Counted from the first letter of the stretch, positions 1 through 14,596 are shown. The stretch is 64,000 nt of DNA from Chrysomallon squamiferum (GCA_012295275.1 CM022671.1:21080001-21144000); one strand, 5' to 3'. The notes: generated by a model not told the origin, from the sequence alone. Made by a program: numbers and translations.

Positions 1-38
1 ATACAATACAGTTCAAACATATATACATACATCACACA

Positions 39-77
<39 letters not shown>

Positions 78-149
78 TTATATATGCACATTTAATTATA
101 GGTACACGTCATAAGCACTGGACATTTCTTAATCACCTTGTGTAAGCTA

Positions 150-620
150 CTAAAACTGTGCTTGAGACAGCTGACCTAGAAAAAAAATCTAAACGATCTT
201 ACAGTGACTGAGATTTGATTAACACACAAAAGACAGGAGATAGCGAACAATCTCCAACAACAGAAGTTGAGATAAAACAGAGATACTGACATCAGCCTCA
301 AAAAGAAAAGACAAATTACAGCTACAGAGGGCAGGATTTAACAATAAACTGAAAACAATTACTGCACAGTCTTACATTCAGAGGGAAGGGCTATACATTT
401 GAATTCAGTTATTATACGGTTCATACAGCTTGTTAAATAGGTTCTTCAACATTTTTGATAGCAGAGAGCCTCACGATTTCGAAGTATTTAAGTTCACTCA
501 GCAGCTTAGGGAGACTACGTGGACAATAACAGCAACCCTCTAGAAGAAGCTGTATAGCACAAGAAGTAATCTACTGAACAGAATCGTTCATCGTCACTGC
601 TGGCCTTGACGTATGGTCAA
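150..620 (+). mobile_element. Degraded 3' fragment of a non-LTR retrotransposon (LINE)
   Basis: About 499-580 reads QQLRETTWTITATL*KKLYSTRSNL, which recalls the C-terminal 'LR...WP...L..KLYG...L' end of invertebrate LINE ORF2. It contains stops and frameshifts. Recognition is from memory, not from a search. Confidence 0.35.
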
Positions 621-1363
621 CAAGCAAAGGAAAAAAAAATATAATTTAAACTCAGATTTAAGTTTAAATGTGATGACAATGAAAACAAAAATACCTGTAG
701 ATTTGCCACTGATATAAATTTTAAAAGTATTTTGATATTAAATGCCAGTTTATTGATGATCAAATTCTGTTAATAATAACTTTCGTCATGTACGTTATTT
801 ATGTTTTAGATATCAGATTCAGTCATTACCTTTGCTATCGTATGACGAGTTTAGTTAACTGATTTTATAAATTTCTTTTAAAATGCACACCTCTTCATCC
901 AGACAAAAAATAAAATAAAATAAAATAAAATAAAATAAAATAAAATAAAAATAGTAATAATAATCCACACAAGAAAAAGAAAAAAGAAATATATAAAAAC
1001 TGATATGTTTATTACTTCGATCAGTTTCGAACACATTCCAAATTGATAAATATAAATTATTCAGTTTAAGGAAACTGCATTGTATTGTGATAAAAAAGAA
1101 AAAACAAAAAAAAAACAACAAACAAATAAATTATTTCTCAATCAATACAGACTTTCTATAATTGAATATGATCCTTATTTTTTCAAGTAAAAAGCAAAAT
1201 AAACTAAATCTAATACAGTTTATATGCAGTAAAGAAACAGATGTAGGTCACACAAAGTTTTATAATATAATATTATATACATGTATTAACCAAATAAATA
1301 TTCATTTAAAAAATATTTGGTCTTTTTTTACAATGCGGTAGAAATGTTTTCAGAGATCTTTCA

Positions 1364-1404
<41 letters not shown>

Positions 1405-1577
1405 GCAGAAGCAAAGCACATACATCTTTTTTATCGGACATGTTCTTTTAAAAGAAAATACACGAGGAAAAAAACTCTATTTGCAGATGTTAAAATATCC
1501 AGAAAATATCATATCTATATTAAAAGATACCGCAGAGAAAAATGTCAAAATATTTATCAGAAATAAGCATGATTTTT

Positions 1578-1653
<76 letters not shown>

Positions 1654-2080
1654 ATCAGATTTCACTTTTCTAAAATTTCAAATTAATAGTTACTTCCGTT
1701 GGACACGGAAATACTTTTAAATATATTTCTGAGAATCCTACTAACAATTGCATATAATTGTTGTTAACAATTTAAGTGAAAATATTTACAACTTTTAATA
1801 AAACAATGAATAGATAAACAAGTAAATATTTAAGTGAGTAAGTAAATAAATAAGCACAAAGAAAACACTCCAGAACAAAGTTATAAAAGTATCTGAATCA
1901 ACATTATCTTCCAGACATATAAACAATATTATCAGATTCCTTTGTTCTTGAGTTCATGAAGTCATTCGTGGAGTAGTCGCAAAACCAAAGAAAAAAAAAA
2001 ATAATAAAAAAAAATAAATAAATATAAATAAATAAATAAAAAAATTAAGAAGAATAAAGGTAAAGTTTCTTTTACTCTGT

Positions 2081-2941
2081 TTACTGAATTTTGTTCTTCG
2101 AGTTTTTGATATTAGGTCGTGGAATTTCTTTCTCGAAGTTAAAGTCATACGGAGTCACTAGCTGAACAGTTTTCTTGTATGTCCAGTATGGAGTCATTAT
2201 GCAGGTAATTGCCGGAGACAGAATGCAGATTATGATTAAAATCGACGGAGGCATATATTGCCATATGTGTGTCCAGTTCTTATAAATATTGTATATGAAG
2301 TAGATTTCGACGATATTCCTGCAGTGGAATATATGAACAAGAATATACTGGTTGATCAGCCAAACCATTGTTCGTTCTTTTCGGCATTTCAGCAGAATCC
2401 AACTCAACGCAGAGAAAGGGGTGCTGCCTTCAAGAAGAAGACCTTTGACGAAAAGCGAATGCGAAATGTCTGAATTGAGGACCAGAAGGCTGTAGATTAG
2501 ACAGATCCAGTGGTGTATATGTAACAACATACTAAACGAACTGAACAGGAAATCGGAAAGACCGAGAGCAAACGATTCAAACAGGAAAAATCCTACGGTA
2601 GCCGTAACCGCAAAATGAGAGGTCTGTGACGTTCCGAAAACAACATCGTTGTCAAATTCTTTGTGAACGAAGACTCCCCATATTCCAACGAGTGTAAAGT
2701 AAATTCCATAGGATGCTCTGACTGTAGCCAGATTCCAAAATACTTTTTGTTTTGCCACCAGCTGTCTGTAGTTGTCAATATAAGAAGACAGCAAAGCAGA
2801 CGACACGAAAAGCACAATGCATGTCACTAACGAACAAAATGTTAAAATCAGTTTGGTACTTGTTTTCGTAAAATCCACCTTCATCAGAAACGGAAAAAAC
2901 CATTCCAGTGGTTCACAAGTGAGATATTCTTCACAATTCAT
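2081..2941 (-). CDS. CLN8: CLN8-like TLC (TRAM-LAG1-CLN8) domain ER membrane protein, 286 aa, single coding exon
   Basis: Multi-TM ORF with the TLC His pair (LHIHHW) and the CLN8-type motifs LLEGSTPF, FHCR and PYWTYKKTxQL. It ends in a dilysine KxKxx (KNKIQ) ER-retrieval motif. Confidence 0.9.
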   Translation of the reverse strand: MNCEEYLTCEPLEWFFPFLMKVDFTKTSTKLILTFCSLVTCIVLFVSSALLSSYIDNYRQLVAKQKVFWNLATVRASYGIYFTLVGIWGVFVHKEFDNDVVFGTSQTSHFAVTATVGFFLFESFALGLSDFLFSSFSMLLHIHHWICLIYSLLVLNSDISHSLFVKGLLLEGSTPFSALSWILLKCRKERTMVWLINQYILVHIFHCRNIVEIYFIYNIYKNWTHIWQYMPPSILIIICILSPAITCIMTPYWTYKKTVQLVTPYDFNFEKEIPRPNIKNSKNKIQ

Positions 2942-3348
2942 TTTTTATGATTATTTATTATTATTATTTTTTTTTATGAAGAAAGGAATAACATTCACCA
3001 AACTAGTCAGGTACTTTAGCACAAGTCTATGTCATTTACAGAACAAGATGTCTGTTTTGCATTCCTTTAAAACTTTTATCGACAGTAGCACGCTTTTGTT
3101 CACCTATAGTGCATATACTTAATTAAAACCACAGCTGACAGTGTTTTGTACCAACTTATCATCAACTGATTTGAGAGTAATCACGCGCCGTATTTATATA
3201 TCGAATTCGGCCAACAATAAATCATGTGTTCAGTAACTGTGGAATGTTATCTCTGTGTCTGTGAAAGTTTAACACAGCGTTAAACAGTTACATTTGTTAT
3301 TCCTTGGTACACAAATGGAAATTCGCTTTATTCGTGATGAATATCTTA

Positions 3349-3390
<42 letters not shown>

Positions 3391-4052
3391 ACTCCACAAA
3401 TTTCATAAATTGTTTTGCAATACCTATCTCTCTGTGTATCTATCTATTTATGTCGTCTGTCTATCTTCTCTTCATCCATCCGTCTGTTTATCCATCAACT
3501 GATATACTGGAGTCTCTCAATGAATGAGTTTTTCTTACATACTCCCTCTCCAAGACATCACAAGAAACTTTTTAATGGCAGTTTTCTGCTCAAATACGAG
3601 GTATCCGAAAACATTAATTGTTTCTCTAATTATATATACATCTAACATAGTTTGTTTGTTATCTACCGCGTGACAGTCATCTTTAGATAAAACAATAGAT
3701 ATACAGTTTTATAAAGTCAAACTCGGAGATAACGTGCGCACACAAAGAATCATTAATGAGAAAATTGCAGCTCAGTGTGATGTATGGTAGTACTCATCTA
3801 CCTAGGTGCAGTCATTCACTGGCTTCCTTTCTCACATTAGTATTATTATTATTTAATAAAGTGTAAAGGTTTGTTTTTAAAATGTGTGGATATGTGATTA
3901 AAAACAACAACGACGACCAAAAAACAACAACAACAACAGCAAAAACAATAATAATAAAGCAAACAAACATACAAAAATAAACCCCCACTAATACAATTAA
4001 TTTTTTGATTACAGAAAAATGCTGCCATTTCTTCTTCTTCTTCTTCTTCTTC

Positions 4053-4110
<58 letters not shown>

Positions 4111-5451
4111 TGTTGCTGTCGTTATTCCTTGTTGTTATTGTGGTTATTGTTGTTGTCATTGTTGTCATTGTTCTTTTATTTTCTATCATCTTATTTACTT
4201 TATTAGTAATTGCGTTTCACATTGAAAAATTAATTTATATTGAATTACGAATTAAAACTTAATTTATTTTTTATTATTATTTAAAGATTCCATTATTTTT
4301 AAAGATGAATTAATTCCTTTCGATTATAATTTAAAACTTAATTTATTTTACGTTAATATTCATTAATTTTTAACAAGTTTCAAAATTTATTTGACTTTTC
4401 TGCCAGACATCAAATGTCACAATGACTCCATCCGACTGGAACTGTCTCAGAAATGTATATACAGCACTGAAATCACTCTTCTACAGTTGCTCGTGCAAAG
4501 TCCATGTTATATCTGCAAGTTATTAACTCATTTTTGATGTCCATAGGTAGACAACCAAATATAAATGTCTATAATGATTTGTACCTAGTCACACATTCTT
4601 TTAATATGAGTAAACCATGTTTTGTTGGATCGTTTACCTGAAACAGTGTTCAGTGACCTGGGAAATTCTGTTTTCATTCCTTATGCATAGAAACACAGAG
4701 GAAAAAAAAAAAAAAAAAAAAAAGGTTTAAAAATTCAGAACAAAAATGATGAGACTGAGATATGGGCGGAAAGAGAGTATTTCTGTTACTTGTAACCACT
4801 GTACTACCACTACAAGTACAACTACTACATCTACTACTACGGCTACAACTATAACTATTACTAGTGCTACCACTGTTTCTAAGTTATTATTAATCTTTCA
4901 ATTAATTAATTATCCAGTGACATTCAATTTACAATGAAAGATAAATTTTGGATCGATAATGTGAACAATGTATTTATTTTATACTTTTCCTTTTTGTATA
5001 TTTGAGTTGTACTCAAACTTCAAAATATGAGTAAAACTATTTTCAGCTGACTTGAATTTGCTTACTATACAGTAACATGCCTTTACATGAAATCATGACT
5101 TCCAATTCTTCTGAATATTTGCTAAATCAAAGTGTTTAGATTAAAATTCTATAAACCAAACAATTTTTAATTAATGTTACCAAAGTCCATCCATAAATTA
5201 TTTTCGCTTTCCTTTTTATGTTTTTATCTCCCTGTTCAAAGTCCAAATATTAAAAATAAATCTAAAGAGAGGAATTTGTTCCAAACAAATATGTCTACAC
5301 TCAACACGAGATAAACTGAAGCCTTGGCCTTTGAACCGTGAGATGTTGGAATGACCCGTGAAGTAAGCAGACAGTTTGTAATCTTCTTAATTCTTTAGGA
5401 CACATTGTCTGGACTACTGTACATATTTTCATATAAATACACGTAATGTCA

Positions 5452-5668
5452 GACATACATACATACATACATACATACATACATACATACATACTTTCAT
5501 ACATACATACATACATACATGCACATATACATACACACATACATAGATACATACATACCTACATAGATACATACACATACATACATACAAACATGCATAC
5601 ATACGTATGTACATGCATTGATACATATATACATACATACATATATCCATACATATATACATACATAC
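5452..5668. repeat. (TACA)n imperfect microsatellite
   Basis: Directly visible; source of the spurious MYVC/HTYI ORFs. Confidence 0.95.
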
Positions 5669-6342
5669 AAGCATAAAAAGAAACTGTATATAAAAAAAAA
5701 ATTCTCTTTCTGAGATACCAAAAATGCTTTACAATCATCTTTACACAGGCCTACTAAATATGTGCACCTTTATAGCCAGGTCACATTATGAAAGAAAATC
5801 AGTTACATGTATCAGGTGACAGACTGAATGCTTGTTTTGTTGTAATGATCAAAATAATGTGACTGACATATGATATACTGCCTATCTCACGTGCATTGAT
5901 AATAACTGAAAGACCCGTTACATTTCAATCAGTACTGTACACAGTGAAATTTATTAACGATGATCACAGGCTGATGTTAAGACCACTAAGGCGACTTATA
6001 TACATGCATGCATATTCATGTCCGCACATAGATACGTAAATACGTACACACATACACATAAATAGATAGAGAAAAAGATAAAAAAAGAAAAATAAGAATG
6101 TATACCTTATTTCATTCAAAGCAAAATTTTGTTTGCCTTCTTTTATGACTACGTTTTTCTTAGAGCAAATTAAATTAGCAAAATTAAATCAAAATTAGCT
6201 GCTAAACATTAAACCAACTTTAAAAAACAAAAAACAAAACAAAGAAAAAACAAATTGTTTTCTTTAATAAAATGTTTATTGCTATCAATATTTTCATGAT
6301 AATTATATATAACTTTTACTCGAATAAAAAAATAAATAATAA

Positions 6343-6409
<67 letters not shown>

Positions 6410-6416
6410 TAAATAT

Positions 6417-6447
<31 letters not shown>

Positions 6448-6889
6448 TTACATAAATATTATAACATGATACACGTAATATCTTAACAATCGTTAAATAA
6501 CCAGCGATTTCGATATGTATATATTCAAAATAAAATATAAAATTCATACAAGATATCGTATTATAACTAAAAGTCAACTTTTTGAATTTATGAATATACA
6601 ATTAGTTATATCTAATTACATTCAAAGCAAGCGCTAGTTTGATACTATCCGCCATTTTAAAATTAATTTATAATAACCCTCCCCCCCCTCGAAGATTTCA
6701 ATAATATATCCAGTATATACCAAAGGCTTAGGCCTGATAACATTATATTACTATAAAGTAGGCGCAAAGTTTTCTAATTATGTTGGTGCTCGTCTTGCGA
6801 ATATCAAACACAGGGCATGTTAAATCCGGTTTGTAACTCGATTTTGGCCTACACAGATAGTTGCGCACATACAATGGATTAAAGTCGAT

Positions 6890-7100
6890 TAGACTAAATT
6901 TAGACATACTGAGTCATTAAATAACTAGATTTAGGATTATTAAGGCATCATTTGTCTAGATTTAAAAATGTAAGGCATCATGTAATTAGATTTATACGTA
7001 TTAAAATATTATATAATTATTGATTTAGGCATATTAAAGCATCATGCCTGTTATATTTATATCTATTAATACATCGCATGTAGTTAGATTTAAACTTATT
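6890..7100. repeat. Degenerate tandem repeat, about 30-35-bp unit (TAGATTTA....TTAAGGCATCAT)
   Basis: TAGATTTA and GCATCAT cores recur at regular spacing. Confidence 0.55.
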
Positions 7101-7422
7101 GATACCATAACATAAACTTAGGCGCTATAACAAACCTACAGTAAATGACTCGATAACATGATTCAACATTTTAGAACTATGAAAAATTATTTAGCTTACA
7201 GATGATTAATTAATATAATACATGCATAAATGTACATTTCTAATCTAATCATTTATCGCCAATTTCAGTTTGCATGGAATTTCACCAGTCTTTAACATAA
7301 CTAGATCCAGTCAGACACCATGTTCGATTAATTTACATTTTACTTTTTGGTCTGTCAAGCATCATCTAAAACGTACAATTACCATTCTTTTATAACCAAC
7401 AGTTCTGCAGTATTTTAAACTT

Positions 7423-7856
7423 CTATCCATAAAATGTCTGGCTGTCTTTAGGTAAGCCTATTATGGTCCTGTTTTCTCTCACGACGTCATCATACGATGG
7501 AGGCTTGTCATGTCTCGGACTGTCTTCAATGACGTCATCATAAGCAGGCGGTAGCTGTCTTGTCTGTATGTGTGTACTGGAGTTTCCCAATCCGCTGTTA
7601 GATCCTTGATTTTGTCCGTCTGGAAACAAAACGTATGAGAGACATAATTCTCGAAACATGTAATGTACAATTATACTTCTTCGTTTTGTCTGATAACGAG
7701 AAATTTTCATGGTATAAAATTTACATGGTTCGGCAAGCTGGAAGAGTTCGAAAGGTTTTTTTTTTTTTTTTAATTTCTATTGTTAGGAAATCGGATGTAA
7801 TTATATAAATTATTTCCAGGAGTTTTATTTTTTTATTTATTTATTTATTATTATTA

Positions 7857-7887
<31 letters not shown>

Positions 7888-8882
7888 GTGTAAAACGTTA
7901 TTCTGACAGGTCTGAAGAACTGTTGAAGGAATGATGATGGTCGCTGTCCCGCGACGTCCAGAAGGTCGTGGTCGTGACACTCGTGTGTAGTAACAACATG
8001 CAGCTACGATGACAACAGTCAGTACAATGATTCCACCAACAACGCAGCCAATGATTATCTCAGTTCTGTATTAAAATAAATAAATAAATACACATGCATA
8101 CGCACATATACATACACATACACATACACAAATATATATATTTTTTTATACACAGGAATCACAAACGTATTACAATTTGTATTTGTTGACGTAAGAAACA
8201 ATCACACAGTGACGTCATTATTTTAAATATCGAATCATTTTGTATCTTTGGTGATATGAATCTGTTCTCAAATTATATTTCAAGAACTTGTTGATGTCAT
8301 AACTTCAGCGTCAAGGGGCAAAATGATGACGTTCAAATGTTTCGTTACAGTTTTATTTTATTGTAATACTTTGTTATCAGTGGACCAAAACAATAAAATA
8401 TTGAAATATTTGTTTTAATTTAAAAGTTTTATTTTAGAAATATAACGTTAAAAATATTCTTTTCTATAATGTAATTAACAATTTTCCAAATATACTGATA
8501 CCCCAAACCGCTGACCAAATGCAAATCAAATAGATTTTGGCAACAACTGATATCCATGCTACTCATTATCAAATGTATTTAGAAGTGAAATAATCTAGAC
8601 TAATCTATGATAAGAATATAAGACTGAGGCCAGGTGGATAATTGAATCAAAACTTCTGACAGAGCACACTTGGCTATTTCCCGGTCCAGACACTGCCTTG
8701 AATTAGCATATTTCAGTGATAAATCAATAACATTACATCATATTTATCCATTAAAAAAAAAAAAAAAAAAAAGAAGAAAAAGAAACAGCCCCCTCCAAGA
8801 AAAAAACAGAACAAAAACAAACAACAAGAAATAGTAACAGTCAAAACAAACTAAGCAAACAAACAAGCAAACAAAAAGCAAA

Positions 8883-8921
<39 letters not shown>

Positions 8922-9508
8922 TGCGTGCGTTTGTATAATATTTTAAAATCATAACGTATATGACGTTACGGATACGGTTGTAATATTAATTATAACACTG
9001 GGAATGGTACCTGACAATCATTCTGTGTACAAGCGGTGCCCTTAAATGTAGATGCTCTACTAATATATATATAGGTATATATAGGAGTAAAAATTATTTT
9101 AATAATTCGTATACCTGACATCATGGCAGCATACGTCATAGCCAGAACTTCCACAGCATCCATTGTTGCAGAATCTAAATTTCGTGTTCCTTTCAACATT
9201 TTCATCGTTTCTGTCATATGGACAGAGGTCAGCAGTTTCACCTGGAACAGATTATGACATAAATTAGATACTTAATCTTTCTAGTGTCGTGAGAACGACA
9301 GGTTCAGTAGGTTGACAAATAAAGATTTAAAAACAAAGGACACGAATTGACAAAGAGAAAATAACATAAATAAAAAAATGCAAATATAAAGGAATGATGA
9401 ATGATGAAATTTAAATAAGCAGAGAGAGATAGAGAAGAGAGAGAAATACAGACTGGGCGATAGAGAAAGAAAAAGACAGAAATGGAGTCTGAGAGATAGA
9501 GAGAAACG

Positions 9509-9595
<87 letters not shown>

Positions 9596-9981
9596 AAAAA
9601 CCTGGGAAAGAAACAAAGAGAGCAAGCTGGGAGATATATGGGGCAAGAGAGAAAGGGCACGAAAACAGAAATTAGTTTTGATCCACATTATCATTTTCAT
9701 TGCTGTTCTTATTCAGTTGTTATAGATTAGCATTTCAGTTTATAAACAAACAAAATTAAAAAATAATTTTTGCAGATAACAAGAAAGATCATTCTGATAA
9801 TTATTCATTATTTAAACATGGTTGTTCCTGATATAAACTTATTACAAAAATGGATACTATCCATTAAATGTGATATAAAAGGAGTTATTTTAAAGTTTTC
9901 CAAATTTCGCTTACCTACAGCAGCAAATCCTATCAGAATACGAAGTAATATGTCCAGGTATCCGGAACACTTTAGAGCCAT
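7423..9981 (-). CDS. Shisa-like/CYYR1/VOPP1-type Cys-rich single-pass membrane protein A (about 182 aa, two PPxY motifs)
   Basis: Exons (minus): 9915-9981 signal peptide MALKCSGYLDILLRILIGFAAV; 9115-9241 ETADLCPYD...FCNNGCCGSSGYDVCCHDV (C-C-CC-CC); 7908-8065 TM IIIGCVVGGIIVLTVVIVAACCYY; 7423-7619 tail with LPPAYDDV and KPPSYDDV. All introns GT-AG, phases 1,2,1, total 549 nt in frame. Confidence 0.85.
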
Positions 9982-10568
9982 TTTCTTTCTTTTGACATTA
10001 TTAAACGTGGCACGTTTGATGTTAACCTGCGAGACAAGTCGCATAAAAATATTTTGCTTCAGGGCCAAGTTGTCATTACGACATTAAAAAGGTAAACTCT
10101 GAAACCGGTTTTTAGGACACTGGAATGCAGTGATGACTTTGAATGATGATGATTCACGTCTCCGAAACTGGTTTTCGTGACACAGAACAGCAATACGGTA
10201 TTTTGCTGAAGACTTATGACAACAAAAACAACAATAATAATAATAATTATTACATTATTTCAAATATTTCCTTCCGACTGGAGTGGTGACATACGGCATT
10301 AATAATCTGAACGATATCTCACATATAATCCTCGTATTACATGTTTTGCCATCCTGACCTCAAACCCGCGGCTGTGTTTTCATTCATTAATCACCTGCAG
10401 ACGTGAAATAACGCGCCATTAATTTATACCGAAAACTGGAACATGACGTCTGTGTCTCGACACAGTGGACATAACAGTTAACAAAATGTTTTTTACTCAT
10501 ACTTCATTATTTGCATTATTTATCTTCTGCTGTTACTACAACAACAACAACAACAACAACAACACAGC

Positions 10569-10623
<55 letters not shown>

Positions 10624-11528
10624 GTGATGATGATGTTGTTGATAATGATAATCAGAAGGACGATAATGATGAAGATAAAGATGACGATGATAATGATGAT
10701 GATGATGATGATGATACTATTTCAAATAATTATTTCATAACAAATGATATTAAAGAGACAAAAAACAAACAAACAGACAAAAAGAAATATACGAGGTTTA
10801 TTGAACAAAAATACAAACATGCCTTTTCTTGCCTGCAAGATACTAGAGTTTATTATTTATAATTTGAATTATAACTACGGACAAATCTACTGAAGGTGGA
10901 AGAAACAGAGATACCAAAATGCCTCAGATTAACATCATTTGACAAAGAGAATTGAGGGGTAATTTTGTAGGCCACTTAGCCAGCTTAAACGGAAATCATG
11001 CATTTGTCTTTTTTTCATACTTTATAAAAACATAAATCGTCCGCACCCATGAATACGAGTCTATATGACAGTGAAAGGACTGATCATAATTAAACTACTT
11101 CAAAACAAGTCAGTAAAAAGTGCACGGAAAAATCCTGCTCTCTAGTCTGCATTTGCATGAACTATATAATACATGGCCGTAACTGCACTGAGGCAAATGC
11201 CTCATGCCGAAATTGACGATTTTATTATTATTATTATTATTATTTTTTTTTTTTTTTTTTTTAAACAAAGATTTTATTTTTAAAAAATATAAAATATAAA
11301 TCTCTCTTCCGTTATAAACGATATTCAATGTGTGGATGTTTTGCCCCGTTCGCTCGGCGATTTAGTGTTTTATTCTCATTTCAGAAATAATCTAGTTACC
11401 GCCATGCAATATCACTCGTCAAACATAATAATAATATAAAAAAAAAATAATAATAATAATAATAAAAAAAATAATAATAAATAATAATAATAATAATAAT
11501 TGTAGTAGTAGTAGTAGTAGTAATAGTA

Positions 11529-11579
<51 letters not shown>

Positions 11580-12588
11580 GAAATAAAAATGTTTTTAAAA
11601 ATAAAACTAATAAAAAAATCCCCACAGAAACCATATCTCAGTAAGACATTACTGTCCTACGTTACATTAATTTTTAAAGTAAAATATTACATAAGACTGG
11701 TTAATCTTTTACAACATATCAGTAAAGCGAGGCTCAGTGGTTACACTGCCGGCTTCAGGCATTTATTGTTTTCGTGAATCATGTAACACAACGCTCGCTT
11801 TAGGCTTTTCCCAGTCTCGTTTATTAAAGCAAAGTTTACTGCGTGTTTCCCTATATGTGTATGTACATATATAACAGCTCTTGCTGCTGTGATCATAGAA
11901 GAAGTTGGAATAGTTACATATTTATTTTCTTTATCATATTATACAAGCAGAAGAATATTACTATATGTCAACGAATTTCCATTTACTAATCCAGTTGTAG
12001 AAATTAATACTGTATGTTCCGTGAACAGAAAGCAGTTTTCCGTTCAAAATGATTAATCTCATTCTCTAATCGTTATTTTCAGAAATAATAAAATCAAACG
12101 TCTATCTCACATGTGAAAATCATAGAAATCAATACAAACAAATAATATAATGTCAACATCTTCAGTGTCGTTATTGTTGTTCTTATTATTTATTTATTTA
12201 TTTATCTATTTATTTATTTTATTTCATTTCTTTTTATTTTTTATTTTTTTTATTTTTTTGTTGGTTTATCTGAGAAAGAATACAAATAAACAATTAAACC
12301 AAATAATAAAAATAATAATGATACTAATAATCATAACAGCAATTTCTGTCTGCTGTGTGCTTGAACTAAGCCTAATTAATTTCACTACAGGTAAATATAC
12401 CTGAGTTAACTCCCATTAGTCTCGATTAGTTGTGCTGTATTACTGTCCCATCATCAAACCTAGCCTGGCGTTTACATAACAATAACTTAGCCTTCGAAAT
12501 CGGATAAAAATTAGGCCCAGGCTATTTTTACCTGTGCATTTCCGCCATTATAGTATTTTTGATTCTAACGACACAGAAATACGGAGAT

Positions 12589-13283
12589 ATGACATCGTCT
12601 ATAAGTTACCCGTTTATTTTCTCCTCGCTAATATCAGGTTAGTTAAAGTCTGCATATAAACAAGATTTTGATTTTCAGTATATCACCTTTATGATAAACC
12701 TGTGTAGTTTTTACCTGTATGTTTACGTTTTCTCGGAAAATATTTATAAGCGTCGTACCTTTACATGTCGTCCATACTAAATGAAAATATTTTTTACTTG
12801 TTTTTAAAATGAGGTTGATTATATATAATAATAGTCTACTGGTGAGTGATAAATAGTGTTTTATTCATCTATACATTTATTAATTAGTTTAATGTGTTCA
12901 CGATAACGTATACATTCAAATAAGAATATTGCAATGTACATTCCAAACAGATGACGGCTGTATGACCCATTTAAAAAAAAAAACCAGAAAGAAAAATATG
13001 ATTTTCTTAAGTATTTCGTTCGAATGTTTTACAGTAATTATAATTACTGCAGAGTGCCTTTATTTACTATTGTGACAGATCACATGAATTTATTTTAATA
13101 ATCATTGTTGTTTAAAATGAAATTACACAAAATAATAACAAATAATAAGAAAGTGTATTACAAAATGATTTTTGTTTTGAGTTAACATTTAAATTCTTGG
13201 CGCAGTTTTTGTAATTTTTAAATTTATTTTATTATTATTATTATATATATATATATATTTTGTATTTTTTGTATTTTTATTCA

Positions 13284-13315
<32 letters not shown>

Positions 13316-13792
13316 TATTATTTTTATTATTATTTTTAAAATGGACATACATTTATTCATCCATTAAATTTAAGAAAAATGGACATAGATTTATTGATCC
13401 AACAACTACAATAATAATAAAACAACAACAACTAAGAATTATTAATAATAATAATACAATAATAATAACAGTAATAATGATAATAACAATAATTAGATTT
13501 AAAAATGTCTATTCATATTTCTATCTATCTATCTTATCTTTTATATATATATATATGTTTGATATGTTACTGTTTGCAGGAGTATGTGGAATGTGGACCT
13601 GTGCATATTACACAAACATCTGGGATCAACAACCACAGTACATGGAATGTCTTCTCGGTTGTTGTGGGGAGTCTCTTTATAGACATTGTTGTCAACCGTA
13701 AGTATGCGTTCACACATAGACACACAAAAATATACCTACTGTAAGCATCCATAGACAGTAATTATATACTACATACATACATACTGGACACA

Positions 13793-13878
<86 letters not shown>

Positions 13879-14483
13879 CGTACCTAACAATATTATACAA
13901 ATGATGCACAACCAAAAAAGACAGAAAGACAGACAGACAGAACAACGCGCACAGACATTTACGTACAGTATTACTAATGAAACATTTTATTAGTTCATTT
14001 GAACTATGTATGTAATGCATTCATAAATATATATTGTTGTTTTTCTTGTATATAGTTAATTATATGTTTGTTTTTATGTGGATTTTTTTTGGTGTTTTTT
14101 CCCCCAGTGTTGGTTTAATCATTGGATGTCTTATTGCTGGCTTTGTTCTGATCATTTTTGGAACTGTCATCTTCTGCTGTTGGCGTCGACGTAAAAATCG
14201 TCGGAAACAAATGGGAAGAAGTAAATATCCAAGAGCTCCAGTTGCTGTGACCCGACCAGGTACTCATTGTTTTGAAAAATGTACACAGTACATATTTTAT
14301 TTAAACAGTAATGACGATGATTATGATGTTAGAAGTAGTAGTAGCAGCAGCAGTAATGGTACTTTTCATTTTTATTATGTTAAAAATCATCATTATTACT
14401 TTTATTATTACTACTGCTGCTACTACTGCTACTACACTTCCTCCTACTACTTCTACCACTAGTATTTTGACTACTTCTATTAC

Positions 14484-14520
<37 letters not shown>

Positions 14521-14596
14521 TTCAGCGCCCTATGTACCACCACAGGCTATGACATACAATAAAGCGAGAGTGGCTGGATATCCAGATGACTATTAA
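12589..14596 (+). CDS. Shisa-like/CYYR1-type Cys-rich single-pass membrane protein B (about 129 aa), paralog of A
   Basis: Exons: 12589-12637 putative signal peptide MTSSISYPFIFSSLISG (least certain exon); 13580-13697 WTCAYY...MECLLGCCGESLYRHCCQP; 14108-14259 TM VGLIIGCLIAGFVLIIFGTVIFCC followed by RRRKNRRK; 14526-14596 APYVPPQAMTYNKARVAGYPDDY*. GT-AG introns, phases 1,2,1, 390 nt in frame. Confidence 0.8.

Noticed and set aside
1366-1400. Poly(T) tract as a retrogene poly(A) tail for CLN8
   Set aside because: No adjacent AATAAA or target-site duplication, and similar homopolymers are abundant across the window.
3294-6601. Many 60-140 aa ORFs (poly-I/L/N, MYVC, HTYI, ERER, LSLS) here and throughout the window
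   Set aside because: They are translations of microsatellites, with no splice-consistent or domain evidence.
12809-12841. ATG...CTG|GTGAGT as first coding exon of Shisa-like B
   Set aside because: It ends in phase 0 but the next exon needs phase 1; 12589-12637 fits and looks like a signal peptide.
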